Assembly: GCA_039815185.1 (NCBI GenBank)
Contig: JBCBZT010000024.1
Location: 32,001-96,000 of the forward strand
Source: Cyanobacteria bacterium P01_A01_bin.123
GTDB lineage: Bacteria; Cyanobacteriota; Cyanobacteriia; Phormidesmidales; Phormidesmidaceae
Reading direction: 5' to 3'
DNA length: 64,000 bases
Shown here: positions 39,579-49,718 of the stretch, in pieces
Numbering within the stretch: the first letter of the stretch is position 1
How the letters are laid out: each line of letters opens with the position of its first letter
Notes under the pieces: model-generated
Seen by the model: the letters and a program-made list of their open reading frames with translations, nothing else
Databases searched by the model: none
Told to the model about the DNA's origin: nothing
Position numbers and translations under genes: made by a program

Positions 39579-40218
39579 GCGATAAAACTCCTTTGAATCT
39601 TTGATGCGTACTCTCTCTTCCAAATTCCCTGGGATAGGCGGGGTGCTTAGCCAGGAAACAAATCACCAATGACGCTTGTGGTGGTTACTGTGGGCTAAAA
39701 ATAATCCATCTGCTCTAACCACTTCAGCGACAGTCTACAAAGCCATTATCAAGGGGCCATTATCAAGGGATGAATTTAACCCAAAGTTATGTTTAGAAGT
39801 GCTTGACAAAATGACATTAAACAAAAATCACTAACACCATGTCTAACTAAACTTTAGGATTGATGAGCTTTCACTCTCAAAACCGCGATCGCAACTCAAG
39901 CAAAGTCAAAAAGCGTAGGTTTACAAACTTGACGGAATGCATTAACAAACACTTTTTATTGAGCCCCACTCGGCTCAGACACCTAACAGTGTTTGTATCA
40001 GAGAAACCCCGCCTCATCAGCGATCGCGTCGCTTTGCGACACAATTTTACATAAACAATCTCTGCGTTTGTAAACTAAATTTACAAAAATTCGGATTGAA
40101 TACTCCGCTAATGTGTCTAATCACGAATAATACTATCTCTAAATAAAAATAATAGTCTTTATTAGCTCGCTACTGATTAATTAAATCGCGCATTTTGCTC
40201 AGGGTGAGGCATTGACTC

Positions 40219-40274
40219 ATATCAATAGGCTGAAGCCGCTGCAGTTAATTGCAGCGGCTTCAGCCTATTGATAT
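40219..40274. terminator. Long hairpin (25-bp perfect stem) 3' of the TPR gene
   Basis: ATATCAATAGGCTGAAGCCGCTGCA-GTTAAT-TGCAGCGGCTTCAGCCTATTGATAT; no clear U-tract. Confidence 0.55.
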
Positions 40275-40307
40275 TGGGTGCTGATATTAGATGCGGTGAT
40301 ACGTGCG

Positions 40308-41105
40308 TTACGCCGTTTTTCCTGAAGCAAGTTGTTTTAACCAGTCTTGTACGCGCTGGTATAGGGCCTTGGGTGCATCTACTTGACGGGCCTTAGCAAT
40401 TTGCAATAGGGGTAGAGCCTTACAGTAATCAGCAATTGCACAGTTCCAATCGCCCCAAAGATGATAGGTACGCCCCCGTTCGGCATAAATTTGGCCTGCG
40501 AGCTTACCAAAGGTTAGGGCTTCGTCAAAATAGGCGATCGCGGCCGGATAGTCTTTTACCTCACGGAAGGTAATCCCCAAATTGATCCGCGCTCTGACGG
40601 TAAAGGGGTTAAGATTTAGGGCTTGCTGATAATCTGCGATCGCGGCTGAAAAATCACCCTGGGCAGCGTAGAGGTTAGCCCGGTTATTGTAAGCGTTGTG
40701 CAAACCAGGATTGAGGCGCAATGCTGTGCTAAAGTCCGCGATCGCCGCGGCGAGCTGGCCTGAGCGCCAGTAAATCACGCCCCGGTTGTTGTAATGGTCT
40801 GCATCACTAGGATGGGATGTAATTAACCGATTGAGCATCGCGATCGCCCGCTTGAAATCGCCTCGTCGGGCCTCCAACAGTGCTACCTGACGTAGGAGAG
40901 ACACCTGTAGGGGGCGGCCGTGAAGACCTGAAGATGAATCGGCTTCACCCTCGTCCTCAGGGTGGGTTGCCAAAGGCTGATGACCCGCAATAGACACGGA
41001 AATAGGATACGGTCTTGAGGGGTCTTTCGCAGGTTCTGGTGTATTGGGAGATGGATCAATTTTCATCATTAAACTCCACAATTTGCTCAGTAGATGCGCC
41101 GCCAA
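40308..41105 (-). CDS. Tetratricopeptide repeat protein (start uncertain)
   Basis: Repeated YNNRG..Y...G...AAIADF/Y..AL.LNP units. Confidence 0.88.
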   Translation of the reverse strand: MAAHLLSKLWSLMMKIDPSPNTPEPAKDPSRPYPISVSIAGHQPLATHPEDEGEADSSSGLHGRPLQVSLLRQVALLEARRGDFKRAIAMLNRLITSHPSDADHYNNRGVIYWRSGQLAAAIADFSTALRLNPGLHNAYNNRANLYAAQGDFSAAIADYQQALNLNPFTVRARINLGITFREVKDYPAAIAYFDEALTFGKLAGQIYAERGRTYHLWGDWNCAIADYCKALPLLQIAKARQVDAPKALYQRVQDWLKQLASGKTA

Positions 41106-41614
41106 TTAACCTCTGGCTTAGTTTTGCAAGCCTTAGCCCAGTCAAGGGGGAGGGATGTGCAACTTGTCAGGCTGTCTATTCGATGCGTAAGTTTTTAGAA
41201 CGCCATAAATGGCAACTAAAATCGCATGTCGGCATCCTCGCACCCCTGTTGAGCAGCCCCAACCGTAAAAAAACGGATCTAACCGCTGCCTGTTGGGCAT
41301 GGGGCGGTTTTGGTGCAAATTTCTCCGTAGATTTGCGGAATACCGTACTCCCTTTGGCGTTTGGCAGCGTGATGTTTGCCTTGATTCACAGTCAGTCGTT
41401 TGTGACGGATTCTCACGGTCAACTGGGCAACAGCAAAGATCGAGCTACAATGCAGCCGTATGTTCTATGGAATGCAACGCAATAAAGCACATCGCATGTG
41501 AAACCTTGAGTTTTTAGCTTGAGGAAAGCTATTGATCTATCCGTCTTATGTATCTAGATGTGGTTTAGTGAATGCACCCCCGGACTGCCTCAATTGACAG
41601 GATTTTTTTGAGCT

Positions 41615-42082
41615 ATGACAAGTGCAACCGCTGTGTTTAAATCTGCGCCGGACTTATCCCCTGATGACTATGTTGTCGTTGGATTGGCGACCTGTTTTGT
41701 TCGAGAAGAGGGGGAAGTCAGCCAAGTGACCGTCGCAGAACCCGTTCCATCAGCTTATTTAGAAGCACTGTTTAAGGGGGTCCCAACCTCTTACCAGAGT
41801 TTGCATGCGGTAACCTTGGGCGAAGTTGTCTCAGATGAACAACCCCAAATGATTCCGGGAGCTGCCAAAAATACCGATTTTTGTCCTGAGTTTATCTCCC
41901 GTATCTTTGCCGCTGCGAGGACCTATAAGTCTCGCCCAGAAGCACAGGCCCTAGTTCCTGTTGGCAGTATCAAAACCGATATAAACCATTCGACAGAACG
42001 CAAACGCGTGCTCAATGCCGAGCATATCGTGCGCACAGAAGACAACGTGAAACAGCATGAATATACCCACAAGGTGCTTTAA
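41615..42082 (+). CDS. Hypothetical protein, apparently conserved cyanobacterial type
   Basis: 155-aa ORF; DDYVVVGLATCF, EPVPSAYLE, DNVKQHEYTHKVL. Confidence 0.7.
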   Translation: MTSATAVFKSAPDLSPDDYVVVGLATCFVREEGEVSQVTVAEPVPSAYLEALFKGVPTSYQSLHAVTLGEVVSDEQPQMIPGAAKNTDFCPEFISRIFAAARTYKSRPEAQALVPVGSIKTDINHSTERKRVLNAEHIVRTEDNVKQHEYTHKVL

Positions 42083-42162
42083 AAGTTATTTATGATACGA
42101 TTCCTTCCCCGTATTGCTCCTAACAATAAAGTATCAATGTATCAGTCTGGGGAAGGTGCGGT

Positions 42163-43467
42163 ATGAGCATTTCATCGGGGCCACAGCTGGATCACCAGCC
42201 TTTGGAAAACGCCCAAGCGGGAGAAGATTATCCGCTGAGTGCGGTTCCAGTTTCGGCACGTAAGCCTTTTTGGTCGTTAGCGCTGCTGTTAATGGGATTC
42301 GCCCTAACCTCGACGACCTTGTTCGCTGGGGGTGCTATTGGGCCAGCTTTCAACCCATCAACTTTGATGATGGTTATTGTCGTTGGCAATCTAATTTTGG
42401 GGGTGTACTGTGCTGCCCTGGGTTATATTGCCTCTCAAAGTGGGCTGACCACGGTGTTGATGGCCCGGTTTAGCTTCGGCAATGTAGGATCGCGCTGGGT
42501 TGATTTCATCATGGGGTTTACCCAGATTGGGTGGTATGCCTTCACCACTGCAATTATTGTGCAGGTGCTGATGGAAATTTTAGGATTGCCCCAAAGTGGT
42601 TTTCTCTACGTTGCACTGGTCTTTTTCTTTAACTACGGCTTTTGCGCCACAGCTTATATTGGCTATCGGGCAATCGACTGGTTGAGCCGCCTGGCAGTCC
42701 CCGCCATGCTGATTTTGGTAGCCATTAGTTTGGCCCTGGCGTTCCGAGACTATGGTAGTGCTACCACTATCGTCCCCACTGGTGAGCTAAGCTTTGGTGC
42801 GGCACTCGCAATCGTGATTGGCACGTTTATCTCCGGCGGTACTCAGGCTACAAATTGGAGCCGCTTTGCCAACAGCGGCAAAAATGCTGTGATTGGCACG
42901 CTGTCAGCTTTTATGGTGGTCAACGGTATCCTGGTATTCGCCGGAGCATTTTGCACGCTGGTTTATGGTAGCGAAGATTTAATTAAGGCGATGGCGACTC
43001 AGGGCATTCTGGCGGCTGGGGTGATTTTGTTAGTCCTCAACGTCTGGACAACTCAAGACAACACGATTTATGCGTTTTCTGTGGCCGGGTCAAATATGTT
43101 TCGCACAACCAAGCGTCACCTGTTTGTACTCGGTGGGGCGACGTTCGCGTTGGTGTTAACGCTAGGAGGCATCTATCAATATTTGCCTACTTATCTGATC
43201 TTCTTGGGAACAGTGATTCCGCCAGTGGGAGGGATTATCATGGCAGACTATTGGCTGCGTCATCAAGGTGAATTTCCGAGCCTGACGGCGAGGATTCCAG
43301 CGTTTAACTGGGCTGGGGTCATTGCCTATGTCGCGGCTTCTGCGATCGCCTATTTTACCGCCAAGGCCGATCTTGGGGTTGGTCCGGTGAACGGCATTAT
43401 TCTTGCAGCTGTTCTCTATGCAATTCTATATCGCATTATTCCTCAGCCCATTCGCCAAGTGGATTAA
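42163..43467 (+). CDS. codB: Cytosine permease (NCS1 family)
   Basis: DYPLSAVP..ARK, ARFSFG, TQIGWY, GTFISGGT, WTTQDNT.Y, PPVGG. Confidence 0.88.
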   Translation: MSISSGPQLDHQPLENAQAGEDYPLSAVPVSARKPFWSLALLLMGFALTSTTLFAGGAIGPAFNPSTLMMVIVVGNLILGVYCAALGYIASQSGLTTVLMARFSFGNVGSRWVDFIMGFTQIGWYAFTTAIIVQVLMEILGLPQSGFLYVALVFFFNYGFCATAYIGYRAIDWLSRLAVPAMLILVAISLALAFRDYGSATTIVPTGELSFGAALAIVIGTFISGGTQATNWSRFANSGKNAVIGTLSAFMVVNGILVFAGAFCTLVYGSEDLIKAMATQGILAAGVILLVLNVWTTQDNTIYAFSVAGSNMFRTTKRHLFVLGGATFALVLTLGGIYQYLPTYLIFLGTVIPPVGGIIMADYWLRHQGEFPSLTARIPAFNWAGVIAYVAASAIAYFTAKADLGVGPVNGIILAAVLYAILYRIIPQPIRQVD

Positions 43468-43474
43468 GACCCCA

Positions 43475-44647
43475 TTACGAATTCAAGCTGTCGATCACAT
43501 GTTGGGTGCAGCGTTGAGCTTGATTTTCTACTGTTAACCCAACGGGATTAAGCCCATGAGTGATAAAGCGGTCGGGGTTGAGTAATGCCACTGCTTCTGC
43601 AGCCGCCCCGATTGTTACCCATGGCAATCGTTCCAGGCTGCGATAAATCCCAATGGATTTCAGGTCTAGGTTAAACGGCCCAGCTGAGAAATTGGGATTT
43701 AACTGACGGTCATACTCAAATTTACTCAGCATAAGCTGAAACGAGTAAATGTGCGCCGGTCTCAACGGTGGAGCATTGGGGATTGTTTTAGCCCGAAAGG
43801 TGGGTACAAATTGATCAAAGGGCAGCATCAACGTCTGCCAATTGTCTATTGCCGTGTCGAAGGACTGGCAATAGGCAGGACTATCCCAGCCCTCGTTGTC
43901 ACGCAAGATGAATTTGTAGCGGTTGCCATCGCCGCGTGCCTCCAATTGGATACCTGCCCACTGGGACAGCTTGAAGGGTGGGTCAAAATTTCGCGTTCGC
44001 ACTGAAGCGAATCCACCAGAATTGGCCGTAGAAACTTCGCCACAAAACCTAGTTTGATTTCCCCGTTTTTGCAACCCACTGGTACTCACTCCCCCCATCA
44101 CCACATCGTCTAATGCTCCCCAAACTAGCTGAGTTTGGGAGCCAGCCTGGGCCTGGATAAAATCAAACAGCGTGTGAGTAATGACGGCGCGATCCGCTAA
44201 CCCGGCGTTCAAAGCAGATTGCCACTGATCTAAGGAAGCGACGGTGGCACCATCACCACAATAAACAATCGCACCAACGCCTTGCATCAACTGCTGCAAC
44301 TGATAGGTTGAAAGGCTCGCTGGGTTTTGACTATCTCCGGTAATCAGTGCAGGCTCTTCACCCAGAATAGAGCGGGCATTGGGCAAATGAGGTACCAGCG
44401 ATCGCACGGCAATGCCCCGATCTTGTAATTGTTTGATAACTTGTTGCCCAACGGGGGTTAGGGCGCCTATGACTAGCACTACGGCGATCGCCGAATAATC
44501 AGGCACTAAGGTAGAAGGTGGCGTAGGAGATTGACCAAACATTGTTTGAATCCAACGGATACTGCCAAAGAAAGGGACTTCCCCAAAAAAGTTCAGCGTA
44601 TCGATAAAGCGTTCCAGCTTCCATTGGGGCGTGGGGTTTTGAGCCAT
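43475..44647 (-). CDS. CIA30 family protein with degenerate Rossmann-like N-terminal region
   Basis: WGALDDVVMGGVS, NSGGFASVRT, GDGNRYK, MLSKFEYD..LNP.F. Confidence 0.88.
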   Translation of the reverse strand: MAQNPTPQWKLERFIDTLNFFGEVPFFGSIRWIQTMFGQSPTPPSTLVPDYSAIAVVLVIGALTPVGQQVIKQLQDRGIAVRSLVPHLPNARSILGEEPALITGDSQNPASLSTYQLQQLMQGVGAIVYCGDGATVASLDQWQSALNAGLADRAVITHTLFDFIQAQAGSQTQLVWGALDDVVMGGVSTSGLQKRGNQTRFCGEVSTANSGGFASVRTRNFDPPFKLSQWAGIQLEARGDGNRYKFILRDNEGWDSPAYCQSFDTAIDNWQTLMLPFDQFVPTFRAKTIPNAPPLRPAHIYSFQLMLSKFEYDRQLNPNFSAGPFNLDLKSIGIYRSLERLPWVTIGAAAEAVALLNPDRFITHGLNPVGLTVENQAQRCTQHVIDSLNS

Positions 44648-45274
44648 AGCTGTATATTTTGCGTGCTAGGGATAATTAACTTGAAATAACCCCTTAAAAT
44701 GAAAAATTTTGGAATATTTGGAATAATCAAACTTTAGCTTGTAGTAACTATACTGAATCACTATTTGAGCTTTCGCCACCCAAATTAACTGGGCTTACTG
44801 AGCAATCAGGCAAGGGGAATTGGTAAGCACTAGATCCCTGAGCTAATTGCCTCAAGTAAGAACCAGTAGCCGTCTTCCGTACAAGGCTCTGGCTTCGCCT
44901 TGCCGTAAATGTAACGTTTGACCACCTGGTTTTCACTGAATCTTTTACAGATCCCAGGATATCGCTTTAAGTGAAAATAATTATGTGTTCTGTGAGATAA
45001 CGGAATATTTTGATATGACAGTCTGGGCACACTCTTGGGCACACTATTTATATGAAGCTTCTTGTTTTCTTTAAGAAAAATCTGGAGCACGCTAAAGATT
45101 TGCTGAAGGGAACCCCGGATGCTGTTCTCAATGCGATCGCGATTGTTACGCTAATCTGAACTACTTAGATGGGGTGACATCAACCGACAAGTGGCCTTAG
45201 CCACGGCCTTGGTCAGTGCAGGTTGCTCATTGCATTCAACAAAACTAGCCAAACTTAACAATCACTGGGAATTC

Positions 45275-46555
45275 ATGCGTATCCTAATTTATTCCTATAA
45301 TTACCATCCTGAACCCATCGGTATCGCGCCGCTCATGACTGAGTTGGCGGAAGGATTGGTAGCTCGAGGGCACGAGGTACGAGTCGTGACGGCGATGCCC
45401 AACTATCCAGAACGCAAGATTTATCCCGAGTATCGCGGCAAGCTGTACGTCAACGAAGAACGTAATGGGGTTCAGATTCAGCGCTGCTATGTGTCTATTC
45501 GCCCTAACCCAGGCTTAGTGACGCGCTTCATGTTAGACGGTAGTTTTGTGCTCTTGAGCTTCTTTCAGGCCCTCCGGGGTTGGCGACCCGACTTGATTCT
45601 ATCTACTAGTCCTTCCTTACCTGCTTCTGTTCCGGTTGCCTTACTCAAATCGCTTTACGGTTGTCCGGTTGTCCTGAATTTACAAGATATTTTGCCTGAG
45701 GCGGCCGTTCAAACAGGCATTATTACCAATAAAGTCGCTATTCGAGTCTTTGAAACCCTAGAGAAGTTTGCCTATGGGAGTGCAACGCACATTAGCGTGA
45801 TTGCAGACGGGTTCACTCGCAACCTGATCGATAAAGGTGTGCCTGCTCAAAAAATTACCTGTGTTCCTAACTGGGTAGATGTCAACTTTATTCGCCCCCT
45901 GCCGAAGTATGACAACGACTTCCGCCGGGAGAATAACCTGGAAGATAAATTTGTGGTGATGTACTCAGGTAACATTGCCCGTACCCAGGGCATCAGCACC
46001 ATCATCCGGGCTGCTGCATCTCTAACAGATCAACCTGATATTAAATTTGTCATCGTTGGTGAACAGTCACAACTGTCTGAGCTAGAGATGCTACGTCAAG
46101 AACTTGGGGCGGATAACGTTATTCTGCGACCCTTTGCCCCACGGGAAAAATTGCCCGAAATGTTGGCTGCGTCTGATGTCGGCTTGATTATGCAGAAGAA
46201 GAATGTAGTCTGCTTCAATATGCCTTCTAAAACTCAAGTGCTGCTGGCTAGTGGTCGCCCGATTATTGCCTCAGTGCCTGCCGAGGGAACTGCAGCTGAT
46301 GCGGTTCGTAATAGTGGTGGTGGTATGGTGATTCGACCTGAAAACCCATCTGACTTAGCTCAAGCAATTGTGGAGCTTTATCAGAATAAGGAAAAGGCTG
46401 ATGCCTTGGGTCGTCAGGGACGGCATCATGCGGAGACGACCTATTCCTTCAACCAGGCAATTGAGTCCTACGAGGCTTTGTTTAAAGCACTGGCTGAAAA
46501 GCAAGGTGTGCCTGCAAGTGCTTTTGCTAAGGCGGTTGATAGTCAGCGCAGTTAA
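45275..46555 (+). CDS. Glycosyltransferase family 4 (WcaI-like)
   Basis: MRILIYSYNYHPEPIG, GHEVRVVT..PNYP, YSGNI, MPSK....LASGRPII. Confidence 0.92.
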   Translation: MRILIYSYNYHPEPIGIAPLMTELAEGLVARGHEVRVVTAMPNYPERKIYPEYRGKLYVNEERNGVQIQRCYVSIRPNPGLVTRFMLDGSFVLLSFFQALRGWRPDLILSTSPSLPASVPVALLKSLYGCPVVLNLQDILPEAAVQTGIITNKVAIRVFETLEKFAYGSATHISVIADGFTRNLIDKGVPAQKITCVPNWVDVNFIRPLPKYDNDFRRENNLEDKFVVMYSGNIARTQGISTIIRAAASLTDQPDIKFVIVGEQSQLSELEMLRQELGADNVILRPFAPREKLPEMLAASDVGLIMQKKNVVCFNMPSKTQVLLASGRPIIASVPAEGTAADAVRNSGGGMVIRPENPSDLAQAIVELYQNKEKADALGRQGRHHAETTYSFNQAIESYEALFKALAEKQGVPASAFAKAVDSQRS

Positions 46556-46673
46556 ACGCTGACAGCTTGAACCCTAATTAATTGGAGCCATGAGTGTCTC
46601 AAGAGCACTTTGTTAGATAAACGATGTGGCTTGCAATGGTACAAAGTTGTTTGGTCGAGAATATTACTGATGA

Positions 46674-48008
46674 TTAAGGACATTGATGTTCTCGACCGTC
46701 CGGCAGTGTGGCACCGCAAAGGCGGGTATAGTTAAAACGAATGCCGCTAAGGGTGGCTCCAAACAAATTGGCGTTGCTGAGATTGGCTTGGCTGAGATCC
46801 ACATTGCTCAGGTTAGCATTTTGTAGATTCGCCCCCTGCAGGTTTGCCCGCACCAGGGTCGCATTGGTCAAATCGGTGTTTTGCAAATTCGCTCCGCTTA
46901 AATCGGTGCCGTTGAGGTTGCTGCTACTGAGGTCGTTATCGCTCAAATCGGCTCCACTCAGGTTTAATTCGCTGAGATCGACATCGGCTAAGTTGGCTCC
47001 GGTTAAGCGGACTCCTTCAGATTGGGTGTTTCGTAGACTAGCAGTGCTCAAATTCGTTTGACTCAAGTCGGCTCCTTGCAGAGTGGCTCCAGCCAGAGTA
47101 GCGTTGCTGAGATTAGCAAATCGAAAATTCGCTAGGGTTAGGTTTGTCTCGTTCAGATTGGCTTGGCTCAAGTCGGCAGCTGCAAATGTAGCTCGCGAGA
47201 GATTGCTACCGGTCAGGACAGCGCCAGTCAAATCAACATTGGCGAGGTAGGCAGCTGCTAGATCTGCATTTTGTAGATTCGTATCGCGCCAGTTACCGGC
47301 TTGCTCAATGGTGACGTGGTCACAACCTTGAGCATCGGTAGCCTGAAGACAAATATGACCATCGGCAGCTCTCAAACTAGCGCCTTCTAGATTAGCTTCG
47401 GTTAGACGGGCATCCCGTAAATCGGCCAAGAAAAAGCTGCTGTTTTGCAGATTGGCCTGACTCAAATTGCTTTGGGAGAGTAAGGCTGCTTCAAAGGTAG
47501 CGCCTTCTAGGTTGGCCCCCATAAAGTTCGCCCCTTGGAGGTTTGCGCCATCCAAGTTAGCACCCGATAAATCCTCTCCGGCCAAATCTGGAGACGGAGG
47601 GGCATCGGTGACGAGTTGTCGCACCAGTTGCCAACGCGCTTCCAGTAGGGTGCGATCGCTGACTAAGGTATCTGCTAACTGTGCGCCTGCTAACCGAGCC
47701 CCAACTAAGTTCGCGCCCCTTAAGTCTGCATTGCGGAGATCTGCATTGCGGAGGTCTGCATTGCGCAGATAGGCTCCTTGGAGATCCGCCCCATTCAGGT
47801 CGGCCCCCTGGAGGTTGGCTCGTCCTAAGTTAGCCTGACGCAAAAATGCTCCACGCAGATCAGCTTGCTGTAAGTCACAGCCAATACATCGGCGGGTGTC
47901 AATCAGTTGAGCAAGGTCGCCCTGATTGACAGCAATCCCGGGGGAAGCCGCACTAGCCAACAGCGTTGTAATGCCACAGGCGAGCGCTATCGATCTTGGG
48001 AATGTCAT
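46674..48008 (-). CDS. Exported pentapeptide repeat protein
   Basis: Signal peptide from MTFPRS, CIGCDL cap, long A(D/N)Lxx repeats, LCGATLPDG end. Confidence 0.9.
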   Translation of the reverse strand: MTFPRSIALACGITTLLASAASPGIAVNQGDLAQLIDTRRCIGCDLQQADLRGAFLRQANLGRANLQGADLNGADLQGAYLRNADLRNADLRNADLRGANLVGARLAGAQLADTLVSDRTLLEARWQLVRQLVTDAPPSPDLAGEDLSGANLDGANLQGANFMGANLEGATFEAALLSQSNLSQANLQNSSFFLADLRDARLTEANLEGASLRAADGHICLQATDAQGCDHVTIEQAGNWRDTNLQNADLAAAYLANVDLTGAVLTGSNLSRATFAAADLSQANLNETNLTLANFRFANLSNATLAGATLQGADLSQTNLSTASLRNTQSEGVRLTGANLADVDLSELNLSGADLSDNDLSSSNLNGTDLSGANLQNTDLTNATLVRANLQGANLQNANLSNVDLSQANLSNANLFGATLSGIRFNYTRLCGATLPDGREHQCP

Positions 48009-48065
48009 GGGTATGGGCAAAAAGAGCTGAGGGTAACTGTCTAAGCGTGAGCAGGGCAAACCTAT

Positions 48066-48096
48066 AAAAACGGGAGACTCTGAATAGAGCCTCCCG
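48066..48096 (-). terminator. Terminator after the DPCAA peptide gene
   Basis: Minus strand CGGGAGGCTCT-ATTC-AGAGTCTCCCG-TTTTT; a G-U pair forms only on the minus strand. Confidence 0.75.
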
Positions 48097-48123
48097 CATC
48101 AATCAACCCCTCAGATAAGGGGG

Positions 48124-48369
48124 TTATTCTGCTGCACAGGGGTCTGCTGCACAGGGGTCTGCTGCACAGGGGTCTGCTGCACAGGGGTCTGCTGCACAGG
48201 GGTCTGCTGCACAGGGGTCTGCTGCACAGGGGTCTGCTGCACAGGGATCAACTTCTTCAGTTGCGCCAGCACAGGGGTCTGGTGTATCGGCACTAGGGCC
48301 GCAACCGGTAATTAGACCTACACTGAGGACGGAAGCAGCTGCAACTGCAGCCATGTAATTAACACGCAT
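48124..48369 (-). CDS. Small Cys-rich repeat lipoprotein, (DPCAA)8
   Basis: GAGAGGAG RBS upstream of ATG, hydrophobic leader with lipobox LITGC, one DPCAG plus eight DPCAA, own terminator. Confidence 0.85.
   Translation of the reverse strand: MRVNYMAAVAAASVLSVGLITGCGPSADTPDPCAGATEEVDPCAADPCAADPCAADPCAADPCAADPCAADPCAADPCAAE
48128..48247. repeat. 15-bp tandem repeat x8 (TCTGCTGCACAGGGG)
   Basis: Seven identical units and one with a single mismatch; no spacers. Confidence 0.97.
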
Positions 48370-48517
48370 ATTCTTATTCTCCTCTCAATGAATTAACCAG
48401 ATCTTAAACCCTTACGAGTTTAGACGAATCTGCCTGAATTGTGCCAAACACGTCTACATTAACAACCGATAGGCTGAGAATTCCATGAGGATAGTCTAGT
48501 TAACAGATTAATTTTGC

Positions 48518-49456
48518 TTATTCCATTACTAGGCGGAACCCAAATAAAATGTGTCGTGACTCGGTTGGGCGTTGGTGGCGGTAAGCAGCCCGACAAAATC
48601 CTGGCAAATCGTCCCAAGAACAGCCTTTCATGACAGACTTGAGCTGATCGTCTTGATCCGATTGCAGCGTACTGGTGTATTCGAACACGTTGCCTGCCAT
48701 ATCATCTATGCCATAGACACTGCGACTTAAGGGGTAAGCTGCGATCGCGCTGGTATGGTAGGCTCCCTCATCTGCCCAGTTGGTCGCTTCGGCTTGCCAT
48801 TGATTGCCCCAAGGGAAATAGCGACCATCTTCTGTGCGTGCCGCTTTTTCCCATTCCTCCGCAGTAGGGAGGCGATAACGCTGGCCATCTTGTGCCCCTC
48901 TCCACTGAGCATAGTCAACAGCATCGGCATACGAAATCAGCACCACAGGGTGGTTAGCCTCTCCAGACGGGAACCTCTGGGCCTGCCAAAGGTAAGGTTC
49001 AACTTCACTGTAAGGATGCACTAGAAATCCCTGCGCTTCATATTCCGCTGCTGAGATACCGGGGGGACGGTGATCGGTTGCCTCAACAAAAGCTTGATAA
49101 TCTTGATTGGTGACTAACTGCTGATGAATACAGAAAGCAGGTAGGTTGAGGGATTGACGTTGGGGTTCAAAGTCAAACCAGCGGCGCTGACGCAGTCTCG
49201 ATTCAGCTTCGGCGATCGCAGTTGGGGTATCTGCTAATGCCTCGGCAGAAATTTGATAGGCATAGTCGCGTTCGCCGCGATCGCTGCCAGAAATGAATGC
49301 TCCTGCTGGCACAAACTTAAACCCAGATTGGGCTTCACAGCGGTCACGGGTGATCGATAGGGCTTCAGGTGTTTGACAAGCGTTGATCAACACCACCAAA
49401 CACAGCGATAAGATGGCACACCAGCCATAGACAGGATACCGATACATAGTTTTCAC
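48518..49456 (-). CDS. SUMF1/EgtB/PvdO (formylglycine-generating enzyme family) lipoprotein
   Basis: Lipobox INAC; VPAGAF.SGS, VTN..Y..FV, HPVV.IS..DA..YA.W, RLPT.EEWEKAAR, YPWG-like YFPWG, DMAGNVFE, GFRLV. Confidence 0.9.
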   Translation of the reverse strand: MKTMYRYPVYGWCAILSLCLVVLINACQTPEALSITRDRCEAQSGFKFVPAGAFISGSDRGERDYAYQISAEALADTPTAIAEAESRLRQRRWFDFEPQRQSLNLPAFCIHQQLVTNQDYQAFVEATDHRPPGISAAEYEAQGFLVHPYSEVEPYLWQAQRFPSGEANHPVVLISYADAVDYAQWRGAQDGQRYRLPTAEEWEKAARTEDGRYFPWGNQWQAEATNWADEGAYHTSAIAAYPLSRSVYGIDDMAGNVFEYTSTLQSDQDDQLKSVMKGCSWDDLPGFCRAAYRHQRPTESRHILFGFRLVME

Positions 49457-49685
49457 AACACATAGGTTTCACAACTGCGTGTCAATACGAATAGATTGGA
49501 ATTCTTAGGTATAAATTGAATCTTTTTAAGTTGAGCCATATTGCTCATGACGTCCTTGTGGTAAATATCCTTTAATAACAATACTGAGCATAAAAAGTTA
49601 ACGCCGCTCAATCGCTTTGACGATATGGCTTAAGTCACTTCGTAGGGTTTGGTCGGTTTGTGTTCCCTGTGTTTATGCTAAGTGT

Positions 49686-49718
49686 AGAGCGGGTTTGCTG
49701 TTGCAGCAGACCCGTTTT
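49686..49718 (+). terminator. Terminator-like hairpin upstream of the cupin gene
   Basis: AGAGCGGGTTTGCTG-TTG-CAGCAGACCCGTTTT; G-U pairs favour the plus strand. Confidence 0.55.

Noticed and set aside
39742..39769. 14-bp tandem duplication GCCATTATCAAGGG upstream of chlH
   Set aside because: Only two copies, no recognised motif; likely a slippage event.
48128..48247. Possible CRISPR array
   Set aside because: Units are 15 bp, contiguous, without spacers, in frame within a gene; no cas genes in the window.
48111..48293. Alternative-frame ORF with QQTPV repeats
   Set aside because: By-product of the 15-bp repeat; the DPCAA frame has the RBS, signal peptide and lipobox.
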